From NCBI GenBank assembly GCA_035538475.1, contig DATLKH010000373.1, positions 1 through 39,183 of the forward strand: a DNA stretch of 39,183 nucleotides. Direction: 5' to 3'. Positions 23,645 to 33,449 of the stretch are shown here, piece after piece (positions within the stretch are counted from its first letter, which is position 1; each line of letters opens with the position of its first letter). The DNA is from Candidatus Dormiibacterota bacterium (GTDB lineage Bacteria > Chloroflexota > Dormibacteria > Dormibacterales > Dormibacteraceae). A program made the position numbers and the translations under genes. A model generated the notes under the pieces. It was not told the origin of the DNA and ran no database searches. It saw nothing but the letters and a program-made list of their open reading frames with translations.

Positions 23645-26167
23645 TTGGCTCATGAGAGATCTTGCGCGATGCTCGTTAACGCGGCTGAAGGTGCGCGAGC
23701 CACATCTACACTTTGTGCCCTGCGCACCTTCCAAGCCGCCAGGGGGGGCGAGGGGTCTGGGGCATTGCCGGGAACCGATCCGCGGTCGTCGACGAGGATC
23801 TGGAGCCTGGTGCGTCGTGTCACACCTTTCGCCGCCGTCGCGGCGATCTTTGCCCTCCAAGTACTGACCAACATCGGGCCGGTGGTGGCCTTTCCGCTTT
23901 ATCTGGCGGTTGTCCTGGTCACGGCCCTTCAACGCAGCCGCCTGGAATCGACCGCGCTCGCGCTGATTGCAGCGGTGGCGATCTTGAGCTGGTCGTTGAT
24001 CGTCAACGTCGACGTCGCGAACATCTCCGGCGCGGCGGTGCTCGGCGCGCTTTTGGTCGGGCTCGCCATCGGATCGGAGGAGATGGTCCGCCGTTCGCGT
24101 GAGGCGTCAGCGCGCGCCGAAGAGACGCTGAGCCGGCTTCGGGACAGCGAGAAGACGCTGCGAAGCGCGCTCGAGTCGACGAGCGTCGGGCTAGCGCTCG
24201 CCGATCTCGAGGGTCGGTGGCTGGAGGTGAACGAGCCCCTCGCCGCCCTGCTCGGCAGGACGAAGGCGACCCTGCTCGATACCACCCTTGCCGCGATCAC
24301 CGCGCAGCCGGATCGCGCCGAGCTCGAGCACGCGCTGGCGTTGTTGCGGTTCGGTGATGTGATGCATTGGGAAGGCGAGCTGACGGCGCTCCGGCAGGAC
24401 GGCCTGGCCGTGCCGGTATCCCTCTTCATCGCCCGCGTCCCAAGCGTTGTGCACGGGGAACCCGGATTGCTGGTCCAGGCGACCGATGTCTCCCTCCGCA
24501 AAAGGGCGGACGCGCTCCGAGAATGCCTCGGCGCCGCCCGCCACGTCATGGTCACCTCGGTCGATGCGGAGCGGGCGCTGCCGGAGCTGGTGTCGGTCCT
24601 GCGGTCTTTTCCCGACACAGCGGTTGCGCTGTTCTGGATGCTCGATGCAGATCGTCAGTTGCTCGTGTCCCGCTGCGCCTCACCGATGCATGAGGCCCGT
24701 TTCGCGCCTTTCCTGGAAGCCAGCCGGCGTGAATCGCCCGCCGGGGCCGGCTTGATCGGCCGAGCCTGGCAGGCGGGTGTGATCGCGGTTGATGAGGATG
24801 TCGAGCGGGCCGACTCGACGTATGCGCGCCGGGGCGTCGCCCGCGCCGTCGGACTCCGTTCTGTGGTCGCATTTCCCGCGATCTATGACGGCGAGGTGAT
24901 CGGGCTGGTCGAGCTTCTGTCCGAACACGCCAGGGCTCCACGCGAGGACGAGGTCGCGCTGCTGGCGACCCTTGGGGTGGAGATCGGACAGTTCGTCGGC
25001 CGTTCACGCCTTGCGCAGGCCCTGCGCCGGAGCGAGGCGGATCACCGCGCGATCTACGAGCGCTCACCGATCGGCATCGCGCGCGTCAGCAGCACGGGCG
25101 AGCTGCTGGAGGCGAACCCGGCGCTGCTCCGGATGCTCGAGCACGATGGCCCGACCATGCGCGACAACGTTTGGCCCGACCTGCTTCGCTCGTTCGACCA
25201 GGCTGCATCGAGGCTGCGCAAAGCGCCGATGCTCGCCGGGATCACAGACGGCAGCAGCATCCAGGTGCGCGCCGCCACCGGCTCCGGCAAGTGGCTGTGG
25301 CTGCAGATGACGGCCACGTCGATTCCCGACATCACCGGCCGCCCGGAGCACGTGCTCGTGATGGTCGAAGACGTGACCACGGTGCGGGACACGTCGGACA
25401 AGTTGGAGGAGGCGCTGACGGCCCAGCGCGACGCCAACTCGAACCTCGAGAAGATCGACCGGACCAAGAGCGAGTTCCTCAGCATCGTCAGCCACGAGTT
25501 CCGGACTGCGTTGACCGGCATCCAAGGCTTCAGCGAGCTGATCCGCGACGGAGGGCTGGATCCAGACGAGGTCAAGGCTTACGGCGGCTACATCTTCAAC
25601 GATGCCGACCGGGTAAACCGCTTGATCGGTGACATGCTGGACCTCGACCGCATGGAATCGGGGCGCATGACCATGCGCTCTGGCGCGATCGACATCAACG
25701 AAGTGTTGACCGAGGCGATCTCTCGCGCCGCGGCGTCATCCGTCACGGTCGAGTTCAAGTCCGACCTCGATCCTCGGCTGCCGATCGTCGCCGGCGATCG
25801 CGACCGGCTGGTTCAAGTCGTCAGCAACCTGGTCAACAACGCGGTCAAGTACTCGCCGGAGGGCGGGACCGTCACCCTGTCGAGCAGGGTCGAAGGCGAG
25901 ACTGCCCTGATCAGCGTGACCGACACCGGCATCGGCATCCCCGCCGACGAGATCAGTCACGTGTTCGAACGGTTCCGCAGGGTGCGCAGCGGAGCCGCTC
26001 AGGCGATTCCTGGGACTGGCCTTGGCCTCACGATCGTTAAGCAGATCGTGGAGATGCACGGGGGCAAGATCTGGGTCGAGAGCGCGCTCGGGCACGGCTC
26101 GTCGTTCCATTTCACGATCCCGCTGGCCGCCGACGGTGCGGTCGCAGCGCAGCTCCGCCATGGCTGA
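23645..26167 (+). CDS. Sensor histidine kinase (TM, PAS, GAF, PAS, HisKA, HATPase_c)
   Basis: H-box [57 protein letters not shown]-like segment lies around [10 protein letters not shown]...[18 protein letters not shown]. The start is uncertain: the GTG at 23810 is preceded by GGAG and gives an N-terminus that begins at the first TM helix. Confidence 0.85.
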   Translation: MAHERSCAMLVNAAEGARATSTLCALRTFQAARGGEGSGALPGTDPRSSTRIWSLVRRVTPFAAVAAIFALQVLTNIGPVVAFPLYLAVVLVTALQRSRLESTALALIAAVAILSWSLIVNVDVANISGAAVLGALLVGLAIGSEEMVRRSREASARAEETLSRLRDSEKTLRSALESTSVGLALADLEGRWLEVNEPLAALLGRTKATLLDTTLAAITAQPDRAELEHALALLRFGDVMHWEGELTALRQDGLAVPVSLFIARVPSVVHGEPGLLVQATDVSLRKRADALRECLGAARHVMVTSVDAERALPELVSVLRSFPDTAVALFWMLDADRQLLVSRCASPMHEARFAPFLEASRRESPAGAGLIGRAWQAGVIAVDEDVERADSTYARRGVARAVGLRSVVAFPAIYDGEVIGLVELLSEHARAPREDEVALLATLGVEIGQFVGRSRLAQALRRSEADHRAIYERSPIGIARVSSTGELLEANPALLRMLEHDGPTMRDNVWPDLLRSFDQAASRLRKAPMLAGITDGSSIQVRAATGSGKWLWLQMTATSIPDITGRPEHVLVMVEDVTTVRDTSDKLEEALTAQRDANSNLEKIDRTKSEFLSIVSHEFRTALTGIQGFSELIRDGGLDPDEVKAYGGYIFNDADRVNRLIGDMLDLDRMESGRMTMRSGAIDINEVLTEAISRAAASSVTVEFKSDLDPRLPIVAGDRDRLVQVVSNLVNNAVKYSPEGGTVTLSSRVEGETALISVTDTGIGIPADEISHVFERFRRVRSGAAQAIPGTGLGLTIVKQIVEMHGGKIWVESALGHGSSFHFTIPLAADGAVAAQLRHG

Positions 26168-26543
26168 GACGCGTGGCCCGCGCACAGTGCTGGTCGCCGA
26201 CGACAACGAGGTGGCGCAACGACTGTGCAAGCGCGTCCTCGAGAAGGCGGGGTACGCGGTGCTGATCGCGGCTGACGGTCTGCAGGCCGTCGACATCGCT
26301 CTGGCACAGCGCCCGGCGATGATTCTCATGGACGTCGCCATGCCGGGCATCGACGGATTGGAGGCGATGAGCCGGATCAAAACCCAGATTCCCGGCATGC
26401 CTGTGGTGATCGCGAGCGCGCACTCGATGGCGAGCGACCGGGAGCGATTTCTCGCCGCCGGCGCCGACAACGTGTTGAGCAAACCGTTTCGACTTGCCGA
26501 CCTCGTGTCAATCGTCGACAACCTCGCTGGAGCGCTTAAGTGA
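26160..26543 (+). CDS. Single-domain response regulator (CheY-like REC)
   Basis: VLVADDNEVAQ, MILMDVAMPGIDG, VIASAH, VLSKPF. The ATG at 26160 overlaps the kinase stop by 8 nt. Confidence 0.9.
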   Translation: MAETRGPRTVLVADDNEVAQRLCKRVLEKAGYAVLIAADGLQAVDIALAQRPAMILMDVAMPGIDGLEAMSRIKTQIPGMPVVIASAHSMASDRERFLAAGADNVLSKPFRLADLVSIVDNLAGALK

Positions 26544-28225
26544 AAGACCTCACGGGGACGCGGCTGGGCCAGTACGAGATCGTCGAGAAGCTGGGCGGAG
26601 GCGGCATGGCGTTGGTGTACCGCGCGATCCAGCAGCCGCTCGGCCGCGAAGTCGCCCTGAAAGCCCTGTCATCGGAGCTGTTTCAGGACGATGGGTTCGT
26701 CAAGCGGTTCGAGTCAGAGGCCAAGACATTGGCGAAGCTCGACCATCCGAACATCCTCCCGATCTACGACTTCGAAGTGCTCGACGGGACCGCGTTCCTG
26801 ACCATGCCGTTGATTCGCGGCGGCACGCTGCGCGACATCTTGAATCGCGGTGTGATGGATCCACTTGCGGCTTGGAGATATCTGCGCGAGATCGGCGATG
26901 GACTGCAGCACGCGCACGACGCGGGGATCGTGCACCGCGACCTGAAACCGACCAACGTCTTGATCCATCAAGACGGGCGGGCGATGCTCGCCGACTTCGG
27001 GCTGGCGCGCGGCGCGGGACAACCCACGCACCTGACCACGATCGGGCTGGCGATCGGGACTCCCGGATACATGGCGCCAGAGCAGGTGATGGGTCACGAC
27101 GTCGATCGACGCGCGGACATCTACGCGATGGGCGTGCTGTGTTTCGAGATGCTGACCGGACGTCTTCCTTATATCGGCGCGAACCGCATGGAGGTGGCGT
27201 ACGCGACTGTCAACTCGCCGATCCCGTCGGCGGTGAAGATCAACGCCAATCTGCCGGACGAGCTCGACACGCTGTTCGAAAAGGTGCTGGCCAAGGATCC
27301 GGCGCAGAGGCCACAGTCCGTGCGTGATCTGCTGGGAATGATGGCCAAGCTGCCACAGCGGCGCACGGCTGCGCAAGGTGCTGTGGCTGCGCCGGCCGCA
27401 GCCGCTTCCGCGACTCCGACGGGTGGAGTTGCGGTCCTGCCCAAGCCGGCGACCGCCGCAGGATCCGATACCGCGTCGATCCGTGTTGTCACGCCGCATG
27501 GCGTGCCTGCGCCACCTCCTCAGAACTTCCATGGATCACCGCCGCCAACGCCCACCGCGGCGGGCTACTCGACCATCCGCACGCTCGAGCTGATGGGCGT
27601 GCGTCCCGCGCGCGCACGCGGGCGCTTCATTCTCAACTCGTATTTCAGCAACTACGTGCATGTGGCACGGGAGGCCGCTGGAGATCGATGGCCGGAAGTC
27701 GCGTACGCCGCCGGGCTCGTTCAGTACATCGAGCAGGATGCGCCCCACGACGATCAGCTTTCTTCGCCGGTCGAATCGTTGAGTCGATTGAATGATGCAT
27801 TCGAGACGATCTTTGGACCAGAAGGCGAAGACGTGATTCGTGCATGGGGCCGGCGGGCGACAGAACGCTGGCTCGCCGAGGGTCGAAGTGGAATGGGCGG
27901 CGCGCGGCGTTTTGTGCCCGGCCGTCAGCGCAAGCTCGCAGGCGTGGTTCGGAATTTCACCGAGGCGATGGACAACGTGCGCGGAGAGCACACTCATTCG
28001 TGGCTGCAGGTTGACGAGCACCAGTTCTGGCTCGTCAACTTCTCCAACATGTTTGCGCTCGGCCGGATCAAGACGGTCAAGTCGTGCTACGTGTGGACAT
28101 CGGCGATTGAAACGATTCTTCGCTGGGCCGGGCTGGCAAACGACTGGTACGTGGAAGAGGTTGAGTGCGGCTCGGTGACCGGGACGTTCGACTGCGCGTA
28201 CGCGATCCGGTCATCGCAGGCCTGA
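26540..28225 (+). CDS. Hanks-type Ser/Thr protein kinase with an Ala/Pro linker and a ~215-aa soluble C-terminal domain (possibly V4R-like)
   Basis: GGGGMALVYRA, VALKAL, HRDLKPTNVL, DFGLAR, GTPGYMAPE. No TM segment. The C-terminus ends EEVECGSVTGTFDCAYAI. A GTGA overlap with the response regulator stop. Confidence 0.9.
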   Translation: MKDLTGTRLGQYEIVEKLGGGGMALVYRAIQQPLGREVALKALSSELFQDDGFVKRFESEAKTLAKLDHPNILPIYDFEVLDGTAFLTMPLIRGGTLRDILNRGVMDPLAAWRYLREIGDGLQHAHDAGIVHRDLKPTNVLIHQDGRAMLADFGLARGAGQPTHLTTIGLAIGTPGYMAPEQVMGHDVDRRADIYAMGVLCFEMLTGRLPYIGANRMEVAYATVNSPIPSAVKINANLPDELDTLFEKVLAKDPAQRPQSVRDLLGMMAKLPQRRTAAQGAVAAPAAAASATPTGGVAVLPKPATAAGSDTASIRVVTPHGVPAPPPQNFHGSPPPTPTAAGYSTIRTLELMGVRPARARGRFILNSYFSNYVHVAREAAGDRWPEVAYAAGLVQYIEQDAPHDDQLSSPVESLSRLNDAFETIFGPEGEDVIRAWGRRATERWLAEGRSGMGGARRFVPGRQRKLAGVVRNFTEAMDNVRGEHTHSWLQVDEHQFWLVNFSNMFALGRIKTVKSCYVWTSAIETILRWAGLANDWYVEEVECGSVTGTFDCAYAIRSSQA

Positions 28226-28228
28226 GCC

Positions 28229-28256
28229 CGCAAACCCGCGAGCGCCGGCGTTTGCG
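28229..28256 (+). terminator. Candidate GC-rich hairpin downstream of the Ser/Thr kinase gene (no U-tract)
   Basis: CGCAAAC...GTTTGCG forms a 7-bp stem with extra CCG/CGG pairs inside, 4 nt after the stop. A second imperfect hairpin is GAAGGCCCTC/GAGGACCTTC at 28323-28354. Confidence 0.25.
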
Positions 28257-28448
28257 TCATTGAAATCGAGTTGAGACGCGCGTGCCGGCATCGGCGTGTA
28301 TCGAGCTCGGCTGCTAAAGCAAGAAGGCCCTCCACCGGGGGGCAGAGGACCTTCAGAAAGGAGGGAGGGTTAGGTTGGGACCTGAGGTCATGTTACCGCC
28401 CACAAGGCGACTGTGCGCGAGGGAAATTCGGAGCTTTAGAGTCGTTGC

Positions 28449-29585
28449 GTGGCTCGGTTCGCAATCGACCTGACCGCGACCTGGCGCCCGCAGCGGGTGG
28501 GCATGGTCACGGTTTCCATCGAGCTTGCGAAAGCCCTGATCGCCAATCGCGGTAAAGACCAGTACACGATTCTATGCAGTCGTGAACGGCCGCCCGAGCT
28601 CGAGGGTCTCGCATGCGAGGCCGTATTCGCGCCCTACCGGCACGAGGTTCCGCTGAAGACGCGTTGGATTCCGGCCATCGAACCACAGCTCGGCTGTGAC
28701 GCCATCCTCTATCCGTACTGGCCCAGCCCGCCGCTGCGCAGAGCTGGCGCGCCGCCGGCTGCGGTGTTCGTGCACGATCTTGCGTTCCGCATCACCCCAT
28801 CAGAGGTTCCCTGGCAGCAGCGCCTTTACATGGGTGCGACGCTTGGTCGCTCGCTGAGAGATGCGGCCGCAATTCTTGTCCCGTCGGAAGCGACAAAGCG
28901 GGACCTGATGCGGTTCTATCGCGGACCAGGGATGGAAGAAAAGACCGAAGTCGTGCCCGAGGGATTGACTCCGGCCGCTCCTGCGGGGGCACTGCCCGAG
29001 GGAATCGAGCCTGGCTACGTGCTTGCGGTGGGAACCATCGAGCCGCGAAAAAACTATCTGCGTTTGCTCGCGGCCTACCGCCGGCTTCGCAGCGGCACGC
29101 TCCCGTTCATCATCAACGGGCGGCCGGGCGTGCCCCAGCTCGTCATCGCCGGTCGGCCTGGATGGGCCTATGGCGACACGCTCATCCGCATTCGCCAGGA
29201 GCCGGGCGTGAAGTATCTCGGTCACGTCGACGAGGCGACGCTGAGCGCGCTGTACGAATCAGCTTCCGTGCTCGCTTATCCCAGCGTTTACGAAGGATTC
29301 GGGCTGCCGCTGCTCGAAGCGATGTCGCGCGGCCTGCCGGCCGTCATCGGTTCCGCAGGGGCACTCCCGGAGCTCGCCGACGGAGCCGCGATCGCAGTCG
29401 ATCCCCAGAACGAAACGGCGATCGCCGAAGCGCTCGAGCGCCTGCTCGCGCAGCCCGATTTGCGTTCGAAGCTCGGGGAGGAAGGGAAGAGCCGCGCCGC
29501 AAGTTATACGTGGGAAGGCGCCGCGAAAAAGACGCAGGCGGTGTTGACCCGAATCGCAAGCAACGCAGCGCGTAAGGTGGCGTAG
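28449..29585 (+). CDS. Glycosyltransferase family 1 (GT4-type)
   Basis: VGTIEPRKNY, YLGHVDEATLSALYESASVLAYPSVYEGFGLPLLEAMSRGLPAV carries the E-x7-E region typical of GT4 enzymes. Confidence 0.85.
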   Translation: MARFAIDLTATWRPQRVGMVTVSIELAKALIANRGKDQYTILCSRERPPELEGLACEAVFAPYRHEVPLKTRWIPAIEPQLGCDAILYPYWPSPPLRRAGAPPAAVFVHDLAFRITPSEVPWQQRLYMGATLGRSLRDAAAILVPSEATKRDLMRFYRGPGMEEKTEVVPEGLTPAAPAGALPEGIEPGYVLAVGTIEPRKNYLRLLAAYRRLRSGTLPFIINGRPGVPQLVIAGRPGWAYGDTLIRIRQEPGVKYLGHVDEATLSALYESASVLAYPSVYEGFGLPLLEAMSRGLPAVIGSAGALPELADGAAIAVDPQNETAIAEALERLLAQPDLRSKLGEEGKSRAASYTWEGAAKKTQAVLTRIASNAARKVA

Positions 29586-31133
29586 ATGACTCGACGGATA
29601 GCGGTAGAGCTGATCGGTGGACAGGCCATTGCCAGGTCGCTCGACGTCCATCGTTTCGAGGTGCGGGGCGGCGATCCTGACGTCATCCTGGCCGCGACCG
29701 ACGAGCCGATCGGTGAGGGGCGCGCACTGCAGCTCAGGGAATTCGTGCGCAAAGGCGGTGGACTCGTGGTGGTCCACGGCACGCTGGCAGCTTGGTCTTC
29801 GCTCGATCCGATCCAGGAGATGGCGGGCTGGATTCCAACCGGCCCTGCGCCGGCGACCGAGCTGGTCCTGAGACCGAATCCTGATCATCGCGTCACCCAA
29901 AACCTCGACCCCGAGTGGAGAGTGCGCGACGAGCTGTATCTCTCGGAAGGCCCGCCGCTCGACGCAGACCTTCTCGTCCGCACGAGCTGGCGTTTCACGG
30001 ATCAGGTCGTCGCGTATGCGCGACAGTGTGGTGAGGGCCGCTTCGTCTATATGGGTTTGAGCGCGTATCAAGACTCGAGCTTCCAGACGCTGCTCGCGCG
30101 ATCGCTGATCTTTGCCGCGGGAACTCAACCGGTCGAGCCGGCAGGTGTGGGCCTGCTCGGTTATGGCGCGATCGCACGCGATCACGCGGCTGCGATCACC
30201 GCCGTCGGCGGACTGCGTCTAGCGAGCATTTGCGATCTGTCGGTGGAGCGACGCCAGCTCGCGGCACGCGAATGGTCGGTGCGCACCCATCCGCGCCAGC
30301 AGGACCTGCTTGAAGATCCCGACGTGGCGGTGGTCGTGGTCGGCACCCCACCCAGCGCGCACACCGAGCCGGTGCTGGCAGCGCTGGAAGCCGGCAAGCA
30401 CGTGGTTTGCGAGAAGCCGTTCACGTTGCGCGCGGAGGACGCCGACCGGATGATCGACTCCGCAGTCTCACGCGGGCTCACGCTGACGGTGTACCAGAGC
30501 CGGCGGTGGGATCCGGACTACCTCGCGGTTCGCAACGCCGTCCGATCGGGCCAGATCGGTGACCTCTTCTACATGGAGTCATTCATCGGCGGTTTCGAGC
30601 ACCCGTGCGACTACTGGCACAGCCATGAGCCGATCTCGGGCGGAACGATTTACGACTGGGGCTCGCACTATTTCGACTGGATCCTGGGGCTGTTCGATGA
30701 CCGTGTGACTTCTGTGTCGGCGCAGGCGCACAAACGCGTGTGGCACGACGTTACGAATGCCGATCAAGTCCGCGTCGATCTGACCTTCAACGGCGGTCAG
30801 CAAGCGAGCTTTTTGCAATCCGATGTCGCCGCAGCGCGCAAGCCGAAGTGGTACCTGCTGGGAACACAGGGCGCGATCGTCGGCGAATGGGTCGACGCAG
30901 CAGTGCCGGCCGATTTTCCTGCGAACGTGAAGGTGTTTCGGCCCACGGGCGAAGAGCGGCTCGCACTCGCAAGGCGTGACGACCACGGCTTTTATCGGAA
31001 TCTCGCCGATCACCTCGCCTGGGGTGAGCCGCTCGCCATCCCCGCACAGGAGGCGCGCCGCAACGTTGCGGTCATGGAAGCCGCCACACAATCGATCGCT
31101 CGAGGCGGCGAGCTGCTCAAGGTCTCGATATAG
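29586..31133 (+). CDS. Fusion of a ThuA-like (class I GATase-like) domain and a Gfo/Idh/MocA oxidoreductase (ThuB-like)
   Basis: N-terminal domain: FVRKGGGLVVVHG, GEGRFVYMGLSAY...LLARSLIFAAG. C-terminal domain: GVGLLGYGAIARDH Rossmann motif, EAGKHVVCEKPF. Confidence 0.7.
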   Translation: MTRRIAVELIGGQAIARSLDVHRFEVRGGDPDVILAATDEPIGEGRALQLREFVRKGGGLVVVHGTLAAWSSLDPIQEMAGWIPTGPAPATELVLRPNPDHRVTQNLDPEWRVRDELYLSEGPPLDADLLVRTSWRFTDQVVAYARQCGEGRFVYMGLSAYQDSSFQTLLARSLIFAAGTQPVEPAGVGLLGYGAIARDHAAAITAVGGLRLASICDLSVERRQLAAREWSVRTHPRQQDLLEDPDVAVVVVGTPPSAHTEPVLAALEAGKHVVCEKPFTLRAEDADRMIDSAVSRGLTLTVYQSRRWDPDYLAVRNAVRSGQIGDLFYMESFIGGFEHPCDYWHSHEPISGGTIYDWGSHYFDWILGLFDDRVTSVSAQAHKRVWHDVTNADQVRVDLTFNGGQQASFLQSDVAAARKPKWYLLGTQGAIVGEWVDAAVPADFPANVKVFRPTGEERLALARRDDHGFYRNLADHLAWGEPLAIPAQEARRNVAVMEAATQSIARGGELLKVSI

Positions 31134-31141
31134 AACGCCGC

Positions 31142-32029
31142 TTGCGCTGGGGGATCCTCGGCGCAGCCGATATCGCTCGCAAAGCGCTGCTTCCCGCGAT
31201 TGCCGCATCTCGCAACGGAGCGATCGTGGCGATGGCAAGCCGCGAACCGGAGCGGGCGAAAGCGATGCTCTATCCGTATCCCGAGGCTCGGGCCTGCAGC
31301 ACGTACGAAGACCTGATCGCGGACGAGAGCGTCGAGGCGATCTACATCCCGCTTGTGAACAGCCTGCACCTGGAGTGGAGCGTGCGCGCACTGGAGGCAG
31401 GCAAGCACGTGCTCTGCGAAAAGCCACTCGCCATGAACGCGCACGAGGCCGAAACCATGGCCGGGGCTGCGAAGCGGTCCGGCAAGCTCTTGATGGAAGC
31501 CTTCATGTACCGGATGCACCCGGACACGAGTTCGTTCATCAAGTCGATCGCCGAGCCGATTCACGTTCAGGCGAGCTTTGGCTTCAACCTGCATGACCTC
31601 GCGAACTACAGGCTCCGGGCCGAGCTGGGCGGTGGAGCGCTGCTCGACGTCGGATGCTACGCGGTCAACGTCTCGCGGTGGATTCTGGGCGAGCCGGTGG
31701 ACATTTCCGCCCGCCTTCACATGAATGACGCCGTGGACATGACCGTGAGTGCGCTGCTCGAATTCTCGGAAGGTCGCACGGCGTCGATCTGGGCGAGCTT
31801 CGAATCACCTGAAGAGCAGCAGCTGCGCGTCATCGCCAAAGACATCGTGCACGCGCGCGCCCGTCCGTTCACTTCGCGCCACGATCCGTGGGATCCATAT
31901 CAGATCATGGTCGAGTCGTTCGGGGACAGCATTCTCGACGGAAGGCCGCAGCCAATCCCAATCGAAGGCTCGATCGCAAATATGCGGGTGCTAGATCGGA
32001 TTCGCGAGGTCGCCACGCAAGCCGGATAG
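31142..32029 (+). CDS. Gfo/Idh/MocA-family oxidoreductase
   Basis: RWGILGAADIARKAL, EAGKHVLCEKPLA. TTG start at 31142. Confidence 0.85.
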   Translation: MRWGILGAADIARKALLPAIAASRNGAIVAMASREPERAKAMLYPYPEARACSTYEDLIADESVEAIYIPLVNSLHLEWSVRALEAGKHVLCEKPLAMNAHEAETMAGAAKRSGKLLMEAFMYRMHPDTSSFIKSIAEPIHVQASFGFNLHDLANYRLRAELGGGALLDVGCYAVNVSRWILGEPVDISARLHMNDAVDMTVSALLEFSEGRTASIWASFESPEEQQLRVIAKDIVHARARPFTSRHDPWDPYQIMVESFGDSILDGRPQPIPIEGSIANMRVLDRIREVATQAG

Positions 32030-32527
32030 CGGCTTCATGACGAATTCCGAGGCCGAGACTTCACTCAAGTCTTTGATGCCGTTCTCGAGCAGCTGACGCG
32101 CCGCGTCGGGATCTCCATTTTCTGAGGTGTAGTCGCAAAGATGCCGGCGGGGATGGGCAAAGCTGTTGCGGAGCACCGCGTCAGTCGTGTGCGGAGCACC
32201 AAACCAATTAATCGGTTTCTCGCCGATCTTCTCGTAAAGCTCAAGAATCTCGGTGAGCAGGTGATCTGCGCGAGCCGAAGCGTCGGACAGGGGCGTACCG
32301 ATCCCATGCGGCAGCTCCGCCTCGTTGATCGCATCGGCGTTGCCAGGCGGATCGTAAGGTTGATCGTTCGCGATGGCAGCGAGCGCGTCACGCATGCGCT
32401 CACGCCACATGCCGATGTGGAACATGACGAGTGAAGCGGGCCAGCCCTTGGGCGCCCGTTCCGATTCACGCGCTCGATCGACGAACTCCTGCTCGGCCCG
32501 GCGTTCGCTTTCCAGCACACGCCGCAC
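31991..32527 (-). CDS. Hypothetical protein, possibly a DinB-superfamily helical bundle
   Basis: Helical, His-containing segments (LVMFHIGMWRERM, SFAHPRRHL). No firm family match by eye. The 3' end overlaps the convergent oxidoreductase gene by 39 nt. Confidence 0.35.
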   Translation of the reverse strand: MRRVLESERRAEQEFVDRARESERAPKGWPASLVMFHIGMWRERMRDALAAIANDQPYDPPGNADAINEAELPHGIGTPLSDASARADHLLTEILELYEKIGEKPINWFGAPHTTDAVLRNSFAHPRRHLCDYTSENGDPDAARQLLENGIKDLSEVSASEFVMKPLSGLRGDLANPI

Positions 32528-32543
32528 CCGCGACTTCTCGATC

Positions 32544-33431
32544 TCAGGCAGGGGTCATGTCCAGAGTCTGTGTGCCTTTGAGCGTGAGCGGCCCGCTCAG
32601 GAGCGGGTTTGGCGTGGCGCCAGGCGCTGTCGTGAAGTTGAGAGTGGCGTCGATCGTATCCGTCTGGTGAGTCTTCACGATGCGCTTTGCACCTGCGTCG
32701 ACCCACGACGTCACGGTCGATGCGTCGGTGCCATTGATCGCAAATCCCGTCACGCCGGACGAACCGCCGGTCGGAAACAGCTCGCTTCCACCCTGCGTGG
32801 TGGAGTCGAGCTTGAGATTGATCGTGGTGTTGATACTCGAGTCCACGACCGATGTATTCACGCTGCCGACCTTCTCATCCTTGGTGTACTTGTTCGTCGA
32901 CGTGACGTGAATCGATCCCGACCCTACCGGCGCATTCTCGTCGAAGTCCTTCGTCCACGTGTCACCGACCTTCACCGGTTTGTCAGGAAGGATCGCGGAG
33001 AGCAGTCCACCTTGACTGCCTGAGATGCCCGGAACTCCGACGCTGCCCTGAATCGCGTTTCCATTGATGCTCACCACGTGCCCATCGGGCCCGACCTTCA
33101 TCTCGATGCTCGTGGTGGTGCTGGTGTTGGTTGTGTTGGTCGTGCCGTTTGCCGTCGTCTTCACCACAAGATTCGTCAGGTCGACATTGAGGTCGGCAAT
33201 CCCACTCGAGTCGACTGACTTGACGGTCATCTTTTCGTCCGCCGAGAGGTCGACGTTGACAGGGATGCTCATGCTTTGAAGACCCACGGTGTAGTTCAAA
33301 AGGCCGTGGAAGTGATATTTGTACGTGTCGCCGGCCTTGTATCCGAGCGTGATCGCGTGGGCTGAATTTCCAACGTTGACCGAAGCACACGCCGCGATCA
33401 AGAGAAAGCCGATGAGTGCAAGTCGCTTCAT
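32544..33431 (-). CDS. Putative secreted lipoprotein, Thr/Ser/Asn/Val-rich beta-type protein
   Basis: MKRLALIGFLLIAACAS has a signal peptide with a lipobox-like L-I-A-A-C. The composition differs from neighbouring genes. Confidence 0.6.
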   Translation of the reverse strand: MKRLALIGFLLIAACASVNVGNSAHAITLGYKAGDTYKYHFHGLLNYTVGLQSMSIPVNVDLSADEKMTVKSVDSSGIADLNVDLTNLVVKTTANGTTNTTNTSTTTSIEMKVGPDGHVVSINGNAIQGSVGVPGISGSQGGLLSAILPDKPVKVGDTWTKDFDENAPVGSGSIHVTSTNKYTKDEKVGSVNTSVVDSSINTTINLKLDSTTQGGSELFPTGGSSGVTGFAINGTDASTVTSWVDAGAKRIVKTHQTDTIDATLNFTTAPGATPNPLLSGPLTLKGTQTLDMTPA

Positions 33432-33449
33432 GACACCGCTCACACTACG

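Noticed and set aside
28271-28555. The 94-aa ORF in the gap before the glycosyltransferase gene, and the AAAGGAGGGAGGG purine tract near 28358
   Set aside because: The translation is Arg/Gly-rich with no motif, and it overlaps the well-supported GT4 start at 28449. I could not recognise a riboswitch or small-RNA fold, so only the hairpins are noted at low confidence.
32544-33443. The lipoprotein gene considered as horizontally acquired because of its lower apparent GC and Thr/Asn/Ser-rich composition
   Set aside because: The compositional shift can be explained by the amino-acid bias of a secreted beta-rich protein. There are no flanking mobility genes or repeats, and I cannot compute robust statistics here.
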